Shown here: in pieces, positions 9,077 through 20,015 of the stretch
Layout: every line of letters starts with the position of its first letter
How positions within the stretch are numbered: position 1 is the first letter of the stretch
Origin: an uncultured bacterium
GTDB taxonomy: Bacteria > Verrucomicrobiota > Verrucomicrobiia > Verrucomicrobiales > DEV007
Length of the DNA stretch: 64,000 bases
Assembly (NCBI GenBank): GCA_963977015.1
Contig: CAXBMO010000005.1
Location: forward strand, 192,001-256,000
Direction of reading: 5' to 3'
Notes under the pieces: model-generated
Seen by the model: only the letters and a program-made list of their open reading frames with translations
Databases searched by the model: none
Told to the model about the DNA's origin: nothing
Translations under genes and position numbers: made by a program

Positions 9077-10384
9077 TCACCATCTCGGCTGCCGAGTCGC
9101 CTGCAAAACGCCGCGCCACAGGTGTCCCCCCACTTCCATTCGCTTCTTCTCGCTCACCACCGCCGGGATCGGAATATTGATGTATTGCCCGTGTTGCTGG
9201 CCAATCATCACCGCAGTTTTTCCGGCCATTCCGGCATGCACCGCGTGACGCCCAAACTGATCGCAGACAAAGCGGTCGTAACTATTCGCGGGAACGCTCC
9301 GAACGAAGTAGCTGGGATCAACGTATTTCAGGACCATGGGAAACTTCTCTTTGGCGAAATGCTCTTTGATGCGGTCGCGCAGGAAGTATCCGATATCTGC
9401 GCTCAGTAGATTTCCGGAGGCATCGCGTTCCTCTTCGCGGCCTTCGAAGAGATGCTGACCGGCTCCCTCGGCCACGACCACGACTGCATGCCCGCGCTTG
9501 CGGACGCGGCGCTCGAGGGATTTCAGAAAGCCGTCCTCCCCTTCGAGAGGGAACGGGATCTCGGGAACGAGGGTGAAATTCACTTCCTGGCTCACGACCG
9601 ATGCGCCAGCGGCAATGAACCCCGCATGGCGCCCCATCAGTTTGACAAGCCCGATCCCGTTGATGGCTCCGCGCGCCTCAACATGGATCCCGCGAATGAC
9701 TTCGCTTGCCTTGTCGAGGGCGGTGGCAAATCCAAACGACAGTCGAACGAAGGGAATATCGTTGTCAATGGTCTTGGGGATGCCCACGACTGCGATCCTT
9801 TCTCCTCTTCGTTCCAACTCCTCCTGCAGCAACGCTGCGCCCCGCTGGGTGCCGTCGCCGCCAATGCAAAAGAGAATATCGACCCCGTTCTCGCGCAGGA
9901 AATCCGCCATCACGGCAGGATCCTGCGGCCCGCGCGAGCTTCCCAACACCGTGCCGCCCAGCTTGTCGATGGGTTCGACGAATTCGCGATTCAAGAGGAT
10001 AGGTCGCTCGCCCTCGACGGGATTCAAACCGAGGTAACCATTTCGGATTCCCAGGACTTTCTCGACACCATAGTTTTCGGTCAGTTCGTAAAAGGCGGAT
10101 CGAATGACGTTGTTCAGCCCGGGTGAGAGTCCCCCGCAGGTCACGATGGCCGCCGTGGTTTCAGAAGGTTTGAAGAAGATCTTATCGCGCGGCCCGGCCT
10201 CTTCGAAACGCATCTCGTCCTGTGCCTTCGGATGTGAGTTCGTGACCACGTTGAACCGCACTCCACTAGCTTCCGATACGAAACACGACCCTTCTTCCGG
10301 AAAACTCGCCGACTCGAAATTCAATGGCGAGGGAATCGCAGCCTCTCCAAGGGTCTTCACAGTCAGGTCTTGTTGCGTGATCAT
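9077..10384 (-). CDS. pfkA: ATP-dependent 6-phosphofructokinase
   Basis: AAIVTCGGLSPGLN, GGTVLGSSRG, GGDGT (Gly, ATP type), PKTIDND, KLMGRHAGFIA, VVVAEGAG, KYVDPSY. Confidence 0.93.
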   Translation of the reverse strand: MITQQDLTVKTLGEAAIPSPLNFESASFPEEGSCFVSEASGVRFNVVTNSHPKAQDEMRFEEAGPRDKIFFKPSETTAAIVTCGGLSPGLNNVIRSAFYELTENYGVEKVLGIRNGYLGLNPVEGERPILLNREFVEPIDKLGGTVLGSSRGPQDPAVMADFLRENGVDILFCIGGDGTQRGAALLQEELERRGERIAVVGIPKTIDNDIPFVRLSFGFATALDKASEVIRGIHVEARGAINGIGLVKLMGRHAGFIAAGASVVSQEVNFTLVPEIPFPLEGEDGFLKSLERRVRKRGHAVVVVAEGAGQHLFEGREEERDASGNLLSADIGYFLRDRIKEHFAKEKFPMVLKYVDPSYFVRSVPANSYDRFVCDQFGRHAVHAGMAGKTAVMIGQQHGQYINIPIPAVVSEKKRMEVGGHLWRGVLQATRQPRW

Positions 10385-11144
10385 GGTTCGTTAGGTGCAG
10401 ATTAAAGCTTCGAAGATTGTGAAGACACATGGCCAAAAGCCAACCGGATTTTTGGTGAAAGAGTTATCGCGAACCGCAACAAGGCCATTATACCGAATCC
10501 CGGGAGAACTCTGTCGTCATTGCCGATGAGGGTCCCTATGATTCTCAATCACTTCGCTTCCGGTGCGCCGAATGATCATTCAAGATGCCCCGCGACCGCT
10601 CCATCTTCAATCAACCGCTAACTCTTCTCAGTCCGCGGTTTCCCCGGCCAAGCAAAGCACCATGGTCTTGTTGCGAGCCGTCTGCCCAGTATATTTTTTG
10701 GTACTCTTGGCTTATGGTGGGATTTCATGGCCTGCCAGATTTGTGACCGGGAATGGTGGTGATGGTCGACCTTCGAATAGCTTGAGACGGTTTCCGATCG
10801 GGAACGGATCCAGACTTCGCTCTGGAATCAGTCTCCGGGGAGTTCCAGTATATTCTCATTCGGTTTGGGTGGCGTGTGGCACCACGATACCCGCCTCGGG
10901 CGGCAGTCTTTTTTGATGGTTCGCCCCACCACGCCTCCGATTCCCGTAGACTCCTCAGAATTCAGGAAAAGACTTGAAACCCTTTCTCTTCACGATATCG
11001 CCAATCATCCAGCATCACTTCGTTCGGAAACGAAATAGCAAAGATTGGGCAGGTGATCTGAATCTTCCCTCTTTTAGCCACGAGTGGAGAGGGTCTGAAC
11101 CTGGAAAACGAAAAGCCTGCTCAAGTCAAACCCTCCAATTCTCT

Positions 11145-12161
11145 ATGGACCCCGTCCAAAATTCGACATCTCCAGCACCTTACAGTCAGCCTGACCCACC
11201 GAACAGTAGGATCGCAATTGCATCCTTGGTCCTCAGTATTCTCGGAATCGTTACGTGTTTCTGTGGCCTCGTTTTTGGTCCCTTGGCGACGGTCTTGGGG
11301 CATCTGGGGTTGAACCAAACTCGCCCTGGAGGAAGGAAAGGGAGAGAGCTGGCAATGGCGGGTTTGATCATGGGGTATATCCAGATTGTATTCTGGGTGG
11401 GAATAGGCATCTCCGTGTCGCTTAGCGATGGAACCCAACTCAATCCGATCGAGAATTGGATGGATACCAGGAAAAAGGAAGTGATTCGCAACTCAGGGAT
11501 AATTCGACCAGAAGAGGCCGAGATTCATCTCATCCTCCCAAACGAACACAACCCGAGTCAGCCTCTTCCCGCTGCGATCTGGTTCCACCGGGGCCGCGGA
11601 AATTTATCCGCGATGAAGGAAAGGGAGGACTACTACCAGCGCGTCGCCACCGACCTGGGAATCGCGATTATCGGGATGACAGCCCCCCTTACGGCCGGCA
11701 CTGGAGAAGGTGAATGGATGGAGATGGTCGAGGACGATCATCATTATGTAACCGAAGTCCTTCGACTTCATGAATCCGAAGTGCGCATCGTTCCTGGTCG
11801 AGTGGTTTTGTTTGGATTGGCCCAGGGAGCACGAGTCGCGGGTGAGTTGGCTGGGAACTATCCGGAGGAATTTGCCGGTGCCATTGTGATTTCTCCAACC
11901 GGGTATCGAAAATTAGACCTTTCGTTTGGAGGCAATCGGGATCAGCATTTTGTCTGTGTGGTAGGGCAGTTTACCTTTGAGGACTATCGTACTACGACTC
12001 AAACGTTTGTGGATGCTTTTGAGAAAGCGGGAGCGTCCGTGATTCACCAAATCACTCCGAAATCACCGGCTCACGATTTTCCTCCCGATTTCGAAGCGCG
12101 ATTTCCTGAATGGGTGAGGCTGATTCTGGACTTGGAACCAGGTGGTCCAGATCAGCCGTGA
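11145..12161 (+). CDS. DUF4190-like membrane anchor fused to an alpha/beta-hydrolase-fold domain
   Basis: AIASLVLSILG...LGHLGL.Q....G.KGRELAMAGLIMG is typical of DUF4190; followed by AIWFH.G, VVLFGLAQGA, P..FAGAI.ISP and a C-terminal AHDF. Confidence 0.75.
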   Translation: MDPVQNSTSPAPYSQPDPPNSRIAIASLVLSILGIVTCFCGLVFGPLATVLGHLGLNQTRPGGRKGRELAMAGLIMGYIQIVFWVGIGISVSLSDGTQLNPIENWMDTRKKEVIRNSGIIRPEEAEIHLILPNEHNPSQPLPAAIWFHRGRGNLSAMKEREDYYQRVATDLGIAIIGMTAPLTAGTGEGEWMEMVEDDHHYVTEVLRLHESEVRIVPGRVVLFGLAQGARVAGELAGNYPEEFAGAIVISPTGYRKLDLSFGGNRDQHFVCVVGQFTFEDYRTTTQTFVDAFEKAGASVIHQITPKSPAHDFPPDFEARFPEWVRLILDLEPGGPDQP

Positions 12162-12535
12162 ACCCTTTCGAAACTAAGGATCGATCCGAAAAAATGCCAA
12201 CTGATTGCGCTCACTTCCAAACTCGCAATCCGTGACGAGGAGACACTCCGAACCTGGATTGGTTTGGTGCGATTGACGATGCAGGAAACGCGTTTGGCGT
12301 TCGGCGCTTTGTTCGCGGCCCAAGTTGTCATCATAGGTTCGATCGTGAGGATGTCCTGAATTTTGGCCTGAACCTTCAATCGATGGATTGTTGCTCGCGA
12401 GAATCCGTCGATCGCGGTGATCAACTTCTCGAACAAGCCTGACTACCCCTGAATCTTGAAGTCAGCCTCGATTGTCCCAGTCCTTTCCTGGATAACTGAG
12501 ATTAATCGCTTGATGACCGCTTTCCCGGCATCAAC

Positions 12536-13651
12536 TCAAAACGCCCCGTCATTGAGCTTGAGCCGCTTGAGCAGGTTGCGATCCCGTTCGGTGACGAAAT
12601 TGACGACCGTGCCTTTCCGGCCGGCTCGCGCGGTTCGCCCGGCTCGATGGAGGTAATTTTTCATCTCCTTGGGCAAGTGATAGTTGATGACCCGGCCAAC
12701 GTGTTCCACGTCCAGCCCTCTCGCCGCGAGGTCGGTGGAAATCAAGAGCTTCAGACTGCCATCGCGAAACGCTTTGAGATTCTTTCGGCGCTCGGCCTTG
12801 TCCATGTCGCCACGATAAACAGCGCATTCGTAGCCTTTCTCAACGAGTTCCGCAGCGACCTTGTCACACTGCTCCCGCGTGTTGGAGAACAGGAGCGTTC
12901 CTCCGTCGACGGCGTCTCTCAACACCCGCTCCAGCAAGGGAAAGCGTTTTCCGTTGGGCACGAAATGATTCTCCGTGGCCAGGGTCGGAACGAGGCGATG
13001 ATGCCCCTGCGTTTCGATCCATTCCGCATCGCTGAAGAGTTCGTCGATCAGGGCCTGAACCTGATCCGAAACGGTCGCGCTAACCAAGGCCATTTGACGA
13101 TCGATCGGACAGGATTTGACGATTCGCTTCACCGCAGGCAAAAACCCTTCATCGAGAATCTGGTCGACCTCATCCAAGACCAGGGTGCGAACGTCGAACA
13201 AGTTGACGAGGTCCTGCTGCATCAACTGTTCCAGGCGGCCGGGAGTCGCCAGCAAAATTTCAAACGGTCCCGCGACGTTCCGGCGGGCCACCGACATCCC
13301 AACCACCCCGAGCGTGGAACGAACCCGGAGTCGGGTTTCGTGGGTGAAGACCTTCAGCACCTTTGCCACCTGTTCCCCGAGGTCACTGGTCGGAACGAGA
13401 ATGACCGCACGAGGTTGGCCGGCCGTCGAAACCGAATCGCCAGCGACTTCCAACTGCTTCAATTTCTGCAAAATCGGCAACGCATAGGCGAGCGTCTTGC
13501 CGCTTCCGGTTTCCGCGACGCCGACAACGGACTTCCCCTCCAGAAGAGCCGGCAGAGCAAGCTCCTGAATTTCGGTCGGCGTGACGAACCCTTCCTTCTT
13601 CAGAGAGGATTGGATGGACGGAATCAGGTCGAATGCGCTGAAGGTAGACAT
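12536..13651 (-). CDS. DEAD/DEAH-box RNA helicase
   Basis: Q motif TPTEIQ, AETGSGKT, ATPGRL, DEVD, SAT, TDLAARGLD, YLHRAGRTARAG. Confidence 0.95.
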   Translation of the reverse strand: MSTFSAFDLIPSIQSSLKKEGFVTPTEIQELALPALLEGKSVVGVAETGSGKTLAYALPILQKLKQLEVAGDSVSTAGQPRAVILVPTSDLGEQVAKVLKVFTHETRLRVRSTLGVVGMSVARRNVAGPFEILLATPGRLEQLMQQDLVNLFDVRTLVLDEVDQILDEGFLPAVKRIVKSCPIDRQMALVSATVSDQVQALIDELFSDAEWIETQGHHRLVPTLATENHFVPNGKRFPLLERVLRDAVDGGTLLFSNTREQCDKVAAELVEKGYECAVYRGDMDKAERRKNLKAFRDGSLKLLISTDLAARGLDVEHVGRVINYHLPKEMKNYLHRAGRTARAGRKGTVVNFVTERDRNLLKRLKLNDGAF

Positions 13652-13715
13652 GCGCGAACCCTACAACGAAACTGGCGAAAGGCATGAAAATTGCGCAAGT
13701 CAGAACCAGAATGGG

Positions 13716-14549
13716 CTAATCCTGGGCGGGAACCGGCCCAAGCTGGGTTTCCAGAGACTCTGCGACTTTCAATCCAAGATACGCGTTACCTTCTGCACTG
13801 AAATGAACGTCATCCGGATTCTGCAGCTCATCAAGACGTGGAGTGATCGCTGAAAACAGATCATTCGTGGCAATTCCGTGCTTTTTCATGACTTCAGCGG
13901 CAGCCTCATTGCGCTCGACAATACTCGCAGCCTTCCACTTTTTGGGTTCGAAATCCGGTATCGGAGTCGTGTTTGCCCAAATCACGGTGGCGCCCGTCTC
14001 CTTCATTTTCTCAACGAGTTGTTCCAATCGATCCGTGTAATCAGCGATGGGGGTATTCCGGTCATGGATACCAAAGTTGAAATGGATGAAGTCCCATTTT
14101 CCGTTCCCCAACCAGACATCGATTTTCCTCAAACCGGTTGCAGTCGGGCCACAATTCGCCGGTGCCCGATGCACGTTGGCCTTTCCCTTGAGCTCTTTTC
14201 GCACGGTCTGCGTGTAGGCTCGCGAAACCGAATCGCCGATCAACAGGATGCGGGGCAACGCGGGATCGTCCGCAACAAAATCCCACGCGTTGGACTGTCC
14301 AGCAACTTTCTGGCGCTTGTGAATCGGAAGATAAAAGCCGCCCAACTCCGCTTGGAGAACCGTTTCCCAAGCTTGTTGTTCCGGGGTCAGGGTTTCCACC
14401 CAGGTTAGATACTCGGCATCGAGTTTGGCCGCGGCTTTGGCCTTTTGAGCGGCAGCCTCTTCGGCATCGGTTGGCTCTGCATTCTGGGCGATCAACGAGA
14501 ACGTGCCCAAACCGAGACTGAAAAGAAGGAGTGTGAGGTTTTTTCGCAT
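13716..14549 (-). CDS. SGNH/GDSL hydrolase family protein, secreted
   Basis: Signal peptide from ATG 14549; LLIGDSVS, IHFNFGIHD, TTPIP, DDVHF. Confidence 0.9.
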   Translation of the reverse strand: MRKNLTLLLFSLGLGTFSLIAQNAEPTDAEEAAAQKAKAAAKLDAEYLTWVETLTPEQQAWETVLQAELGGFYLPIHKRQKVAGQSNAWDFVADDPALPRILLIGDSVSRAYTQTVRKELKGKANVHRAPANCGPTATGLRKIDVWLGNGKWDFIHFNFGIHDRNTPIADYTDRLEQLVEKMKETGATVIWANTTPIPDFEPKKWKAASIVERNEAAAEVMKKHGIATNDLFSAITPRLDELQNPDDVHFSAEGNAYLGLKVAESLETQLGPVPAQD

Positions 14550-14682
14550 GTGTTCGTAGTAATTTCCAGATTGTTCGGTTTGCCCATCAAAACTTAAGCC
14601 AAAATTTCCGTGCAGGTCCGTTAACCTGAGACACCGCCCCGCCATCCGAGCAGTGAGACGCTCGTGAAGCAGTTGTGAGGAA

Positions 14683-16158
14683 TCAGGCCAACACCTCGGG
14701 AATCAGCTTCCCTTCGACATTGGTGAGCCGTCGCTCAATGCCGTTGTGCTCGAAACTGAGCCGCTCGTAGTCCAAGCCCAGCAGGTGCAAAATGGTCGCG
14801 TTAAAATGGTAAAGCGGATGAACGTCTTCGATCGCCTTCTGCCCAAGTTCGTCCGTGACGCCATGGCTGATCCCAGGTTTCACGCCAGCGCCCGTCATCC
14901 AGCAGGTGAATCCGTCAGGATTGTGATCGCGACCTTTCGAGCCCTTTTGAAAGAACGGCATCCGCCCGAATTCAGTGCACCAAACGACGAGGGTATCTTT
15001 CAGCAACCCCCGTTGCTTCAAATCACGAATCAATGCGGCCGCGGGTTGGTCGAGAATCTCCGCATGAACATCGTATTGATCTTTCAGCGCGTTGTGACCA
15101 TCCCAGTTGAGCCTGCCCCCACTGGCGTAGGCTCCGTTGAAGAGCTGGACAAAGCGCACGCCCTTTTCGATCAATCGGCGGGCCAGAATGCAGTTCTTCG
15201 CAAACGCAGCTTTGTTCGCATTCTTCGGGTCGTCCGCTCCGTACATCTTCAGAATATGGGAGGGCTCGGTGCTCAGGTCATTGATCTCCGGCACGCTGAG
15301 TTGCATGCGGGCCGCGAGTTCATAACTGGCGATCCGCGCCGCGAGTTTGCTGTCGCCCGGGTTGGCTTCGAGATGGCGCGCGTTCAGTCTCTGCAGGATG
15401 GAGCTGGCAGCCCGATCAGCGGAAGGATCAACGCCGGGTGCAACCAGGTGACGAACCGGTTTCTTCGAGCTCATGGTGGTCCCCTGAAAGGCGGCAGGCA
15501 GAAATCCCGGGCCCCAATTGTTGGAACCATTCTGCGGAACTCCACGGGGATCCGGTATCGACACATAGGAGGGCAGATCCTGACTTTCACTCCCCAGCGC
15601 ATACGTCACCCATGATCCGAGACTGGGGAATCCATCCAACACGAAGCCGGTCGAGAGAAAATTCTCCGCCGGGCCATGCGTGTTCGACTTGCTCGTGAGC
15701 GAATGCACGAATGCAATGTCATCGGTGTGCTCCGCAAGGTGCGGAATCAGATCGCTGACCCATTTGCCGGTTTGGCCGCGGGGACGAAAGTCATATTGCG
15801 GTCGCGCCAGGTTTCCCGCAGGACCTTGAAACGTCACCGCGGGTCCTCCCGGCAGCGGTTTGCCGTCCCAGTTGATGAGTTCCGGCTTGTAATCCCACGT
15901 CTCCAGTTGGCTGACCGCCCCAGCGCAAAAGATCACCACGACATTCTTCGCCTTGGCCGGGAAATGAGACTTTCGCGGCGCATAAGGCCGGGCGGGATCA
16001 ATGATAGTTCCCTCGCGTTCCGAGGCCAGAAGCCCATCGCGACCCAGGAGATTCGTCAACGCGATTGAGCCGAGCGCCGTGCTGCTGTTCGATAGAAACT
16101 GGCGGCGATCAAGCAGGCTACGGCCCGTCCGTGAAAGGTGTTCGGCATCAGGAGTCAT
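14683..16158 (-). CDS. DUF1501 domain protein (Tat-like RR leader)
   Basis: LDRRQFL leader, [64 protein letters not shown]. Confidence 0.93.
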   Translation of the reverse strand: MTPDAEHLSRTGRSLLDRRQFLSNSSTALGSIALTNLLGRDGLLASEREGTIIDPARPYAPRKSHFPAKAKNVVVIFCAGAVSQLETWDYKPELINWDGKPLPGGPAVTFQGPAGNLARPQYDFRPRGQTGKWVSDLIPHLAEHTDDIAFVHSLTSKSNTHGPAENFLSTGFVLDGFPSLGSWVTYALGSESQDLPSYVSIPDPRGVPQNGSNNWGPGFLPAAFQGTTMSSKKPVRHLVAPGVDPSADRAASSILQRLNARHLEANPGDSKLAARIASYELAARMQLSVPEINDLSTEPSHILKMYGADDPKNANKAAFAKNCILARRLIEKGVRFVQLFNGAYASGGRLNWDGHNALKDQYDVHAEILDQPAAALIRDLKQRGLLKDTLVVWCTEFGRMPFFQKGSKGRDHNPDGFTCWMTGAGVKPGISHGVTDELGQKAIEDVHPLYHFNATILHLLGLDYERLSFEHNGIERRLTNVEGKLIPEVLA

Positions 16159-18908
16159 GGCACAAAGAGAAACTCATTGCTGTTGAAGAGTGCCCGGCAG
16201 AGAACTTCCAAGCCGTAGTTGCGGACGAGAGGTTCCGTTTCGCGAAGCTCCTCCGCCGTGGGTTCACGCTGAAGCGCGAGCAGCCAGGCACGGGAAATCT
16301 GGGAGGCCGGATCGTCGCCCCTTTCGCTCCTTACTCGAGCGGCAAAGGCTGCGGAGTGATCCAGCGTGAAACGGCTATTGAAGAGATTGAGAGCCTGGAT
16401 CGGCGTGGTCGAGGCACGTCGAATTGCGGTGCTTTGTCCCGCGTCCGGACAGTCAAAAGCACCGAACACCGCCTCGGTCTCGCGTCGCACTTTGTGGGCA
16501 TAGATCATTCGGCGTTGATTGGCGAAATCAAAGGTCTCCACCGGTTTAAAACCGCTCAGGCCACCACGTTTGTCGAACAAATCGTAGCCGCGTCCGAACA
16601 TTTTCAGATTCAGCTTACCACTCACGTAAAGCATCGAATCGCGAATGGCTTCGGCTTCGAGGCGTCGCGACGGATACCGCCACAGCAGACGCACGTTGGC
16701 ATCTTTCTGCGCCGGAACCGCACGCTGCGCAGCCGCCTGACCGTAGGTGTCGCTCAACACGATCAACCGATGGAGGTGCTTGACGCTCCAGCCGGATCGA
16801 ATGAACTCGCCCGCAAGCCAATCGAGAAGTTCCGGATGCGTGGGAGGCACACCATTGCGTCCGAAGTCGCTCGGGGTTGGCACGAGCCCACTGCCGAAAT
16901 GCCCTTGCCAGATGCGGTTCACCATGACGCGTGCCGTGAGCGGATTGGCTGGAGCGGCGATCCATTCGGCCAAGGTTTTCCGTCTCTCCTGCTCGGGCGC
17001 CCCATGCGGCAAGGCAATATCCCCGAGTGCACTCAAGACCGCGGGAACAACTTTCTCTTTCGGTTGCTCGGGATCTCCACGGTTCAGCAGGTGAATGGAG
17101 TCCGGATCGCGAAAGGCACCGGCAAAGACGTTCTGGGCATTGGTCGCGACCTTGATCTTCGCTTCGACCGTTCCACGCTCCCTAACCAGCGATTTCGCCT
17201 TCGCGACCTCATCCGGGTCCAGTCCATCGCTGGTGAATTTGCCAGAGAGCTTCTTCTTCGGATCAAAAGGCGCTCGATCACCGAAATCGGCAACCATCTT
17301 CCAGCTTCCGTTCCCTGTTTCCACTTCAATCGAGTAATCAATCGCCAGTCGATCCTTGAATTTGCCCTGACGATCCCGGCTCCAGACAACCCGCTCGACC
17401 GTTTCGGCCTGCGGGAGTTCCACGATCACCCAACCTTTCCCTTTCTCATCCGACATCCAACTGCGGGAGTTTCCATATTCGCCGTCGTTGAGAAATTTCA
17501 GATCATGACGATTGGCAACGATGATGTTTCCTGAAGAGGAAACCTTCGCTCCCGCCCGGTCCAATGCCACATTCTCTCCTTTGGAATTGAAGACCTCCAG
17601 TTCATCCACGCAGGGTTCGCGGAAACTGTCGCTATCGGTGGCGAGAATCGAGAATCGAACCCGCCTGGTTTTAACGGGAGCGAAGCGGTCCACGTTTTCG
17701 CGAGCGTGAATCATGGGACGCCGGGCTCCGGATCCAGCGAGGGGAACGAGTGAGGCAAGCTGCTGATCGATCTCGACGAGGCGCGACTGGAGTTCGATGA
17801 CTTGTTTTCGCGCCATCTCCGCTTCCGGCGTTCGCAACTCGCGATCGGCATAGTCAACCCCGGCAACAAAGGCCTGCATGGAGTAGTAATCCTTCGCCGA
17901 AATGGGGTCGAATTTGTGATCGTGACAGCGTGCGCATCCGATGCTGAGCCCGAGGAAGGTCTGCCCGATGTTGTTGACGATTTCGTCGAGCGAATCCTGG
18001 CGGGCGAGCCGCTTCGATGGTTCGTCCTTGCCAATCTGGCCCCGCAACAAAACCGAGGCAGTGACCAGAAACCCCGTCGCGGCATCCTGCCCCATGGCGT
18101 CGCCAACAATCTGCTCCCGGATGAACTGGTCGTAGGGAGTGTCGCAATTGAAGGCGCGAATGACGTAATCACGATAGGGCCAGGCATTGGGCCGCTCCGT
18201 GTTGACCTCGAAGCCGTGCGTATCAGCATAGCGCACGACATCCAGCCAATGCTGCGCCCAACGTTCGCCATAGCGAGGCGAGGCGAGCAGACGCTCGACA
18301 ACCGCATCACGATCTCCGTCCTTCAGGAATGCCTCCACTTCTTCGGGCGTTGGCGGAAGCCCAATCAGGTCCAAGGTCACTCGTCGCAACCACGCGACCG
18401 GCGTCGCAGGCCCCGATCGGCTCAAACCGGCTTCCGCAAGCTTCACGTCGATCCATGCGTCGATACCTCCTTCCCCAGCGGTATCCGGCGACGAGAGCGG
18501 CTTGAAGCTCCAGTGATCGGTCCGGTCCTCCAGTTGAACCAAATCCACCCCGTCGGGCCAGACGGCGCCTTCTCCGATCCAGCGCGTAATGATCGCAATG
18601 TCACCGTCCGACATTTTGCCATCCGGAGGCATCACCTCATCCTCATCATCGGTTCCGATGAAGTGGGCCAGCGGGCTTTCCGCCACATTCCCGGGAACAA
18701 TGTCAGGCCCATGATTGTAGCCCCCTTTGAAAGCGAGCGACTTTACGTCCAGCCGCAGCCCGGATTTCTGCTTCTTTTCCCCATGGCAATCATAACAGTG
18801 TTTCTCGAAAATGGGCCGAACGTCACGAACGAAGTCGACTGGCGTCGCGGCGCCACGGTCCGCGATCAGGACAAGCGAAAAGAAGAGGCTGAGACGAAAA
18901 AGAATCAC
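16155..18908 (-). CDS. Planctomycete cytochrome c / DUF1549 / DUF1553 (PSD1) protein
   Basis: [96 protein letters not shown]; central discoidin-like insert. Confidence 0.93.
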   Translation of the reverse strand: MILFRLSLFFSLVLIADRGAATPVDFVRDVRPIFEKHCYDCHGEKKQKSGLRLDVKSLAFKGGYNHGPDIVPGNVAESPLAHFIGTDDEDEVMPPDGKMSDGDIAIITRWIGEGAVWPDGVDLVQLEDRTDHWSFKPLSSPDTAGEGGIDAWIDVKLAEAGLSRSGPATPVAWLRRVTLDLIGLPPTPEEVEAFLKDGDRDAVVERLLASPRYGERWAQHWLDVVRYADTHGFEVNTERPNAWPYRDYVIRAFNCDTPYDQFIREQIVGDAMGQDAATGFLVTASVLLRGQIGKDEPSKRLARQDSLDEIVNNIGQTFLGLSIGCARCHDHKFDPISAKDYYSMQAFVAGVDYADRELRTPEAEMARKQVIELQSRLVEIDQQLASLVPLAGSGARRPMIHARENVDRFAPVKTRRVRFSILATDSDSFREPCVDELEVFNSKGENVALDRAGAKVSSSGNIIVANRHDLKFLNDGEYGNSRSWMSDEKGKGWVIVELPQAETVERVVWSRDRQGKFKDRLAIDYSIEVETGNGSWKMVADFGDRAPFDPKKKLSGKFTSDGLDPDEVAKAKSLVRERGTVEAKIKVATNAQNVFAGAFRDPDSIHLLNRGDPEQPKEKVVPAVLSALGDIALPHGAPEQERRKTLAEWIAAPANPLTARVMVNRIWQGHFGSGLVPTPSDFGRNGVPPTHPELLDWLAGEFIRSGWSVKHLHRLIVLSDTYGQAAAQRAVPAQKDANVRLLWRYPSRRLEAEAIRDSMLYVSGKLNLKMFGRGYDLFDKRGGLSGFKPVETFDFANQRRMIYAHKVRRETEAVFGAFDCPDAGQSTAIRRASTTPIQALNLFNSRFTLDHSAAFAARVRSERGDDPASQISRAWLLALQREPTAEELRETEPLVRNYGLEVLCRALFNSNEFLFVP

Positions 18909-19052
18909 CGGGTGGGGTTTACGGTATACAGCCCAGTATCACCTGCCGGGAGGTTTCTCAAGCTGTCGCTATCTCGCCGGTCCACGCAAGGCATGACTTC
19001 AGATTCGCAATCAGCGCAATGCACGGCTAGAATTGTGCCGAGACGATAAATA

Positions 19053-19991
19053 ATGCAGCCAATCCCAATCACTATCTTGGCTGGCAGCGATCACGTTGCA
19101 GGCCCTCTTCCGGAGACGGGAGCAAACCTCCATCCGCTCGCCGTCTACAAAGGAGCCGAGGTCAAGGTCGGAGAACGGAGGCTGATCGAAGTCCTGTTCG
19201 ACCACATCGTGAAGTCCGAAGCCTTCGGACCGATCACCATCGCCGGTCCGGCGGAAGTCTATGCCCACCTGGGGCTTGAAGCGAGAATCGTTGATACCAG
19301 CGGGAGCGTCGCGACCAATCTGCACGCGGCGATCGATGATCACGAGGAACAGCACGGCCAACAACCGATGGCGATGATCGCCTATGATGTCATTCTAAAG
19401 CCAAGCGAATTGATTGAACTTCGGCAGCAATACGAGAACGACCGACCGTGCGCCATGTGGATGCCCTTCGTCCGCATGCCACAGGATAAAGAGGCGCTCG
19501 GTTCGTTCGCCTGGAAGCCCTCCTATTCGCTGCAACCCGAACAGGGCGGCGAACCGTTTCGCATTCTGCCGGGACACCTGGCCATCTTTCATCCGGAGAC
19601 GCTGCGCCTGCCCCTTCTCTACAAGCTGCTAGACCTTGCCTACCGAACCAGAAACCATCCCGTTGCGCCTCGGCGCAGACTCATGATCCGCTCGATCTTG
19701 GCGGATCTTTTGGCTCGCGACCTCCGTCTGATTGGTTCCTTGCAACGCCCCAGAATCACTGCGGCCGTTATCTCAAACGGACTGCGCCTCGCCCGCGGCC
19801 TGCGCCATGGAGACATCACGATTTCGGGGTTGGAGAAAGCAATCGGCGGCATTTTTCTCCAACACAACAGCCGGCTCAAAGGCCCCACCGAAGGCATTCG
19901 CCATCCCATCGTCGATATTCTCAGCCTCGCCGAAGATGTCGACACCGAGGAGGAGGCACGTGAATTTGTCGAATGGTCGGAACCGGAATAG
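19053..19991 (+). CDS. Hypothetical protein, probable nucleotidyltransferase-like (MobA/GT-A) fold
   Basis: N-terminal ITILAG...KG...VG.R.LIE and C-terminal DVDTEEE resemble NTP-transferase-like proteins. Confidence 0.6.
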   Translation: MQPIPITILAGSDHVAGPLPETGANLHPLAVYKGAEVKVGERRLIEVLFDHIVKSEAFGPITIAGPAEVYAHLGLEARIVDTSGSVATNLHAAIDDHEEQHGQQPMAMIAYDVILKPSELIELRQQYENDRPCAMWMPFVRMPQDKEALGSFAWKPSYSLQPEQGGEPFRILPGHLAIFHPETLRLPLLYKLLDLAYRTRNHPVAPRRRLMIRSILADLLARDLRLIGSLQRPRITAAVISNGLRLARGLRHGDITISGLEKAIGGIFLQHNSRLKGPTEGIRHPIVDILSLAEDVDTEEEAREFVEWSEPE

Positions 19992-20015
19992 GCCAACCGC
20001 TTCGGAGTTGAAGAG

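Noticed and set aside
12152-12436. 94-aa minus-strand ORF
   Set aside because: TTG start, no recognisable motif; cannot be supported as a gene.
13679-13696. GG-N10-GC sigma54-like spacing (AAGGCATGAAAATTGCGC)
   Set aside because: Points along the plus strand into the end of a minus-strand gene; probably chance.
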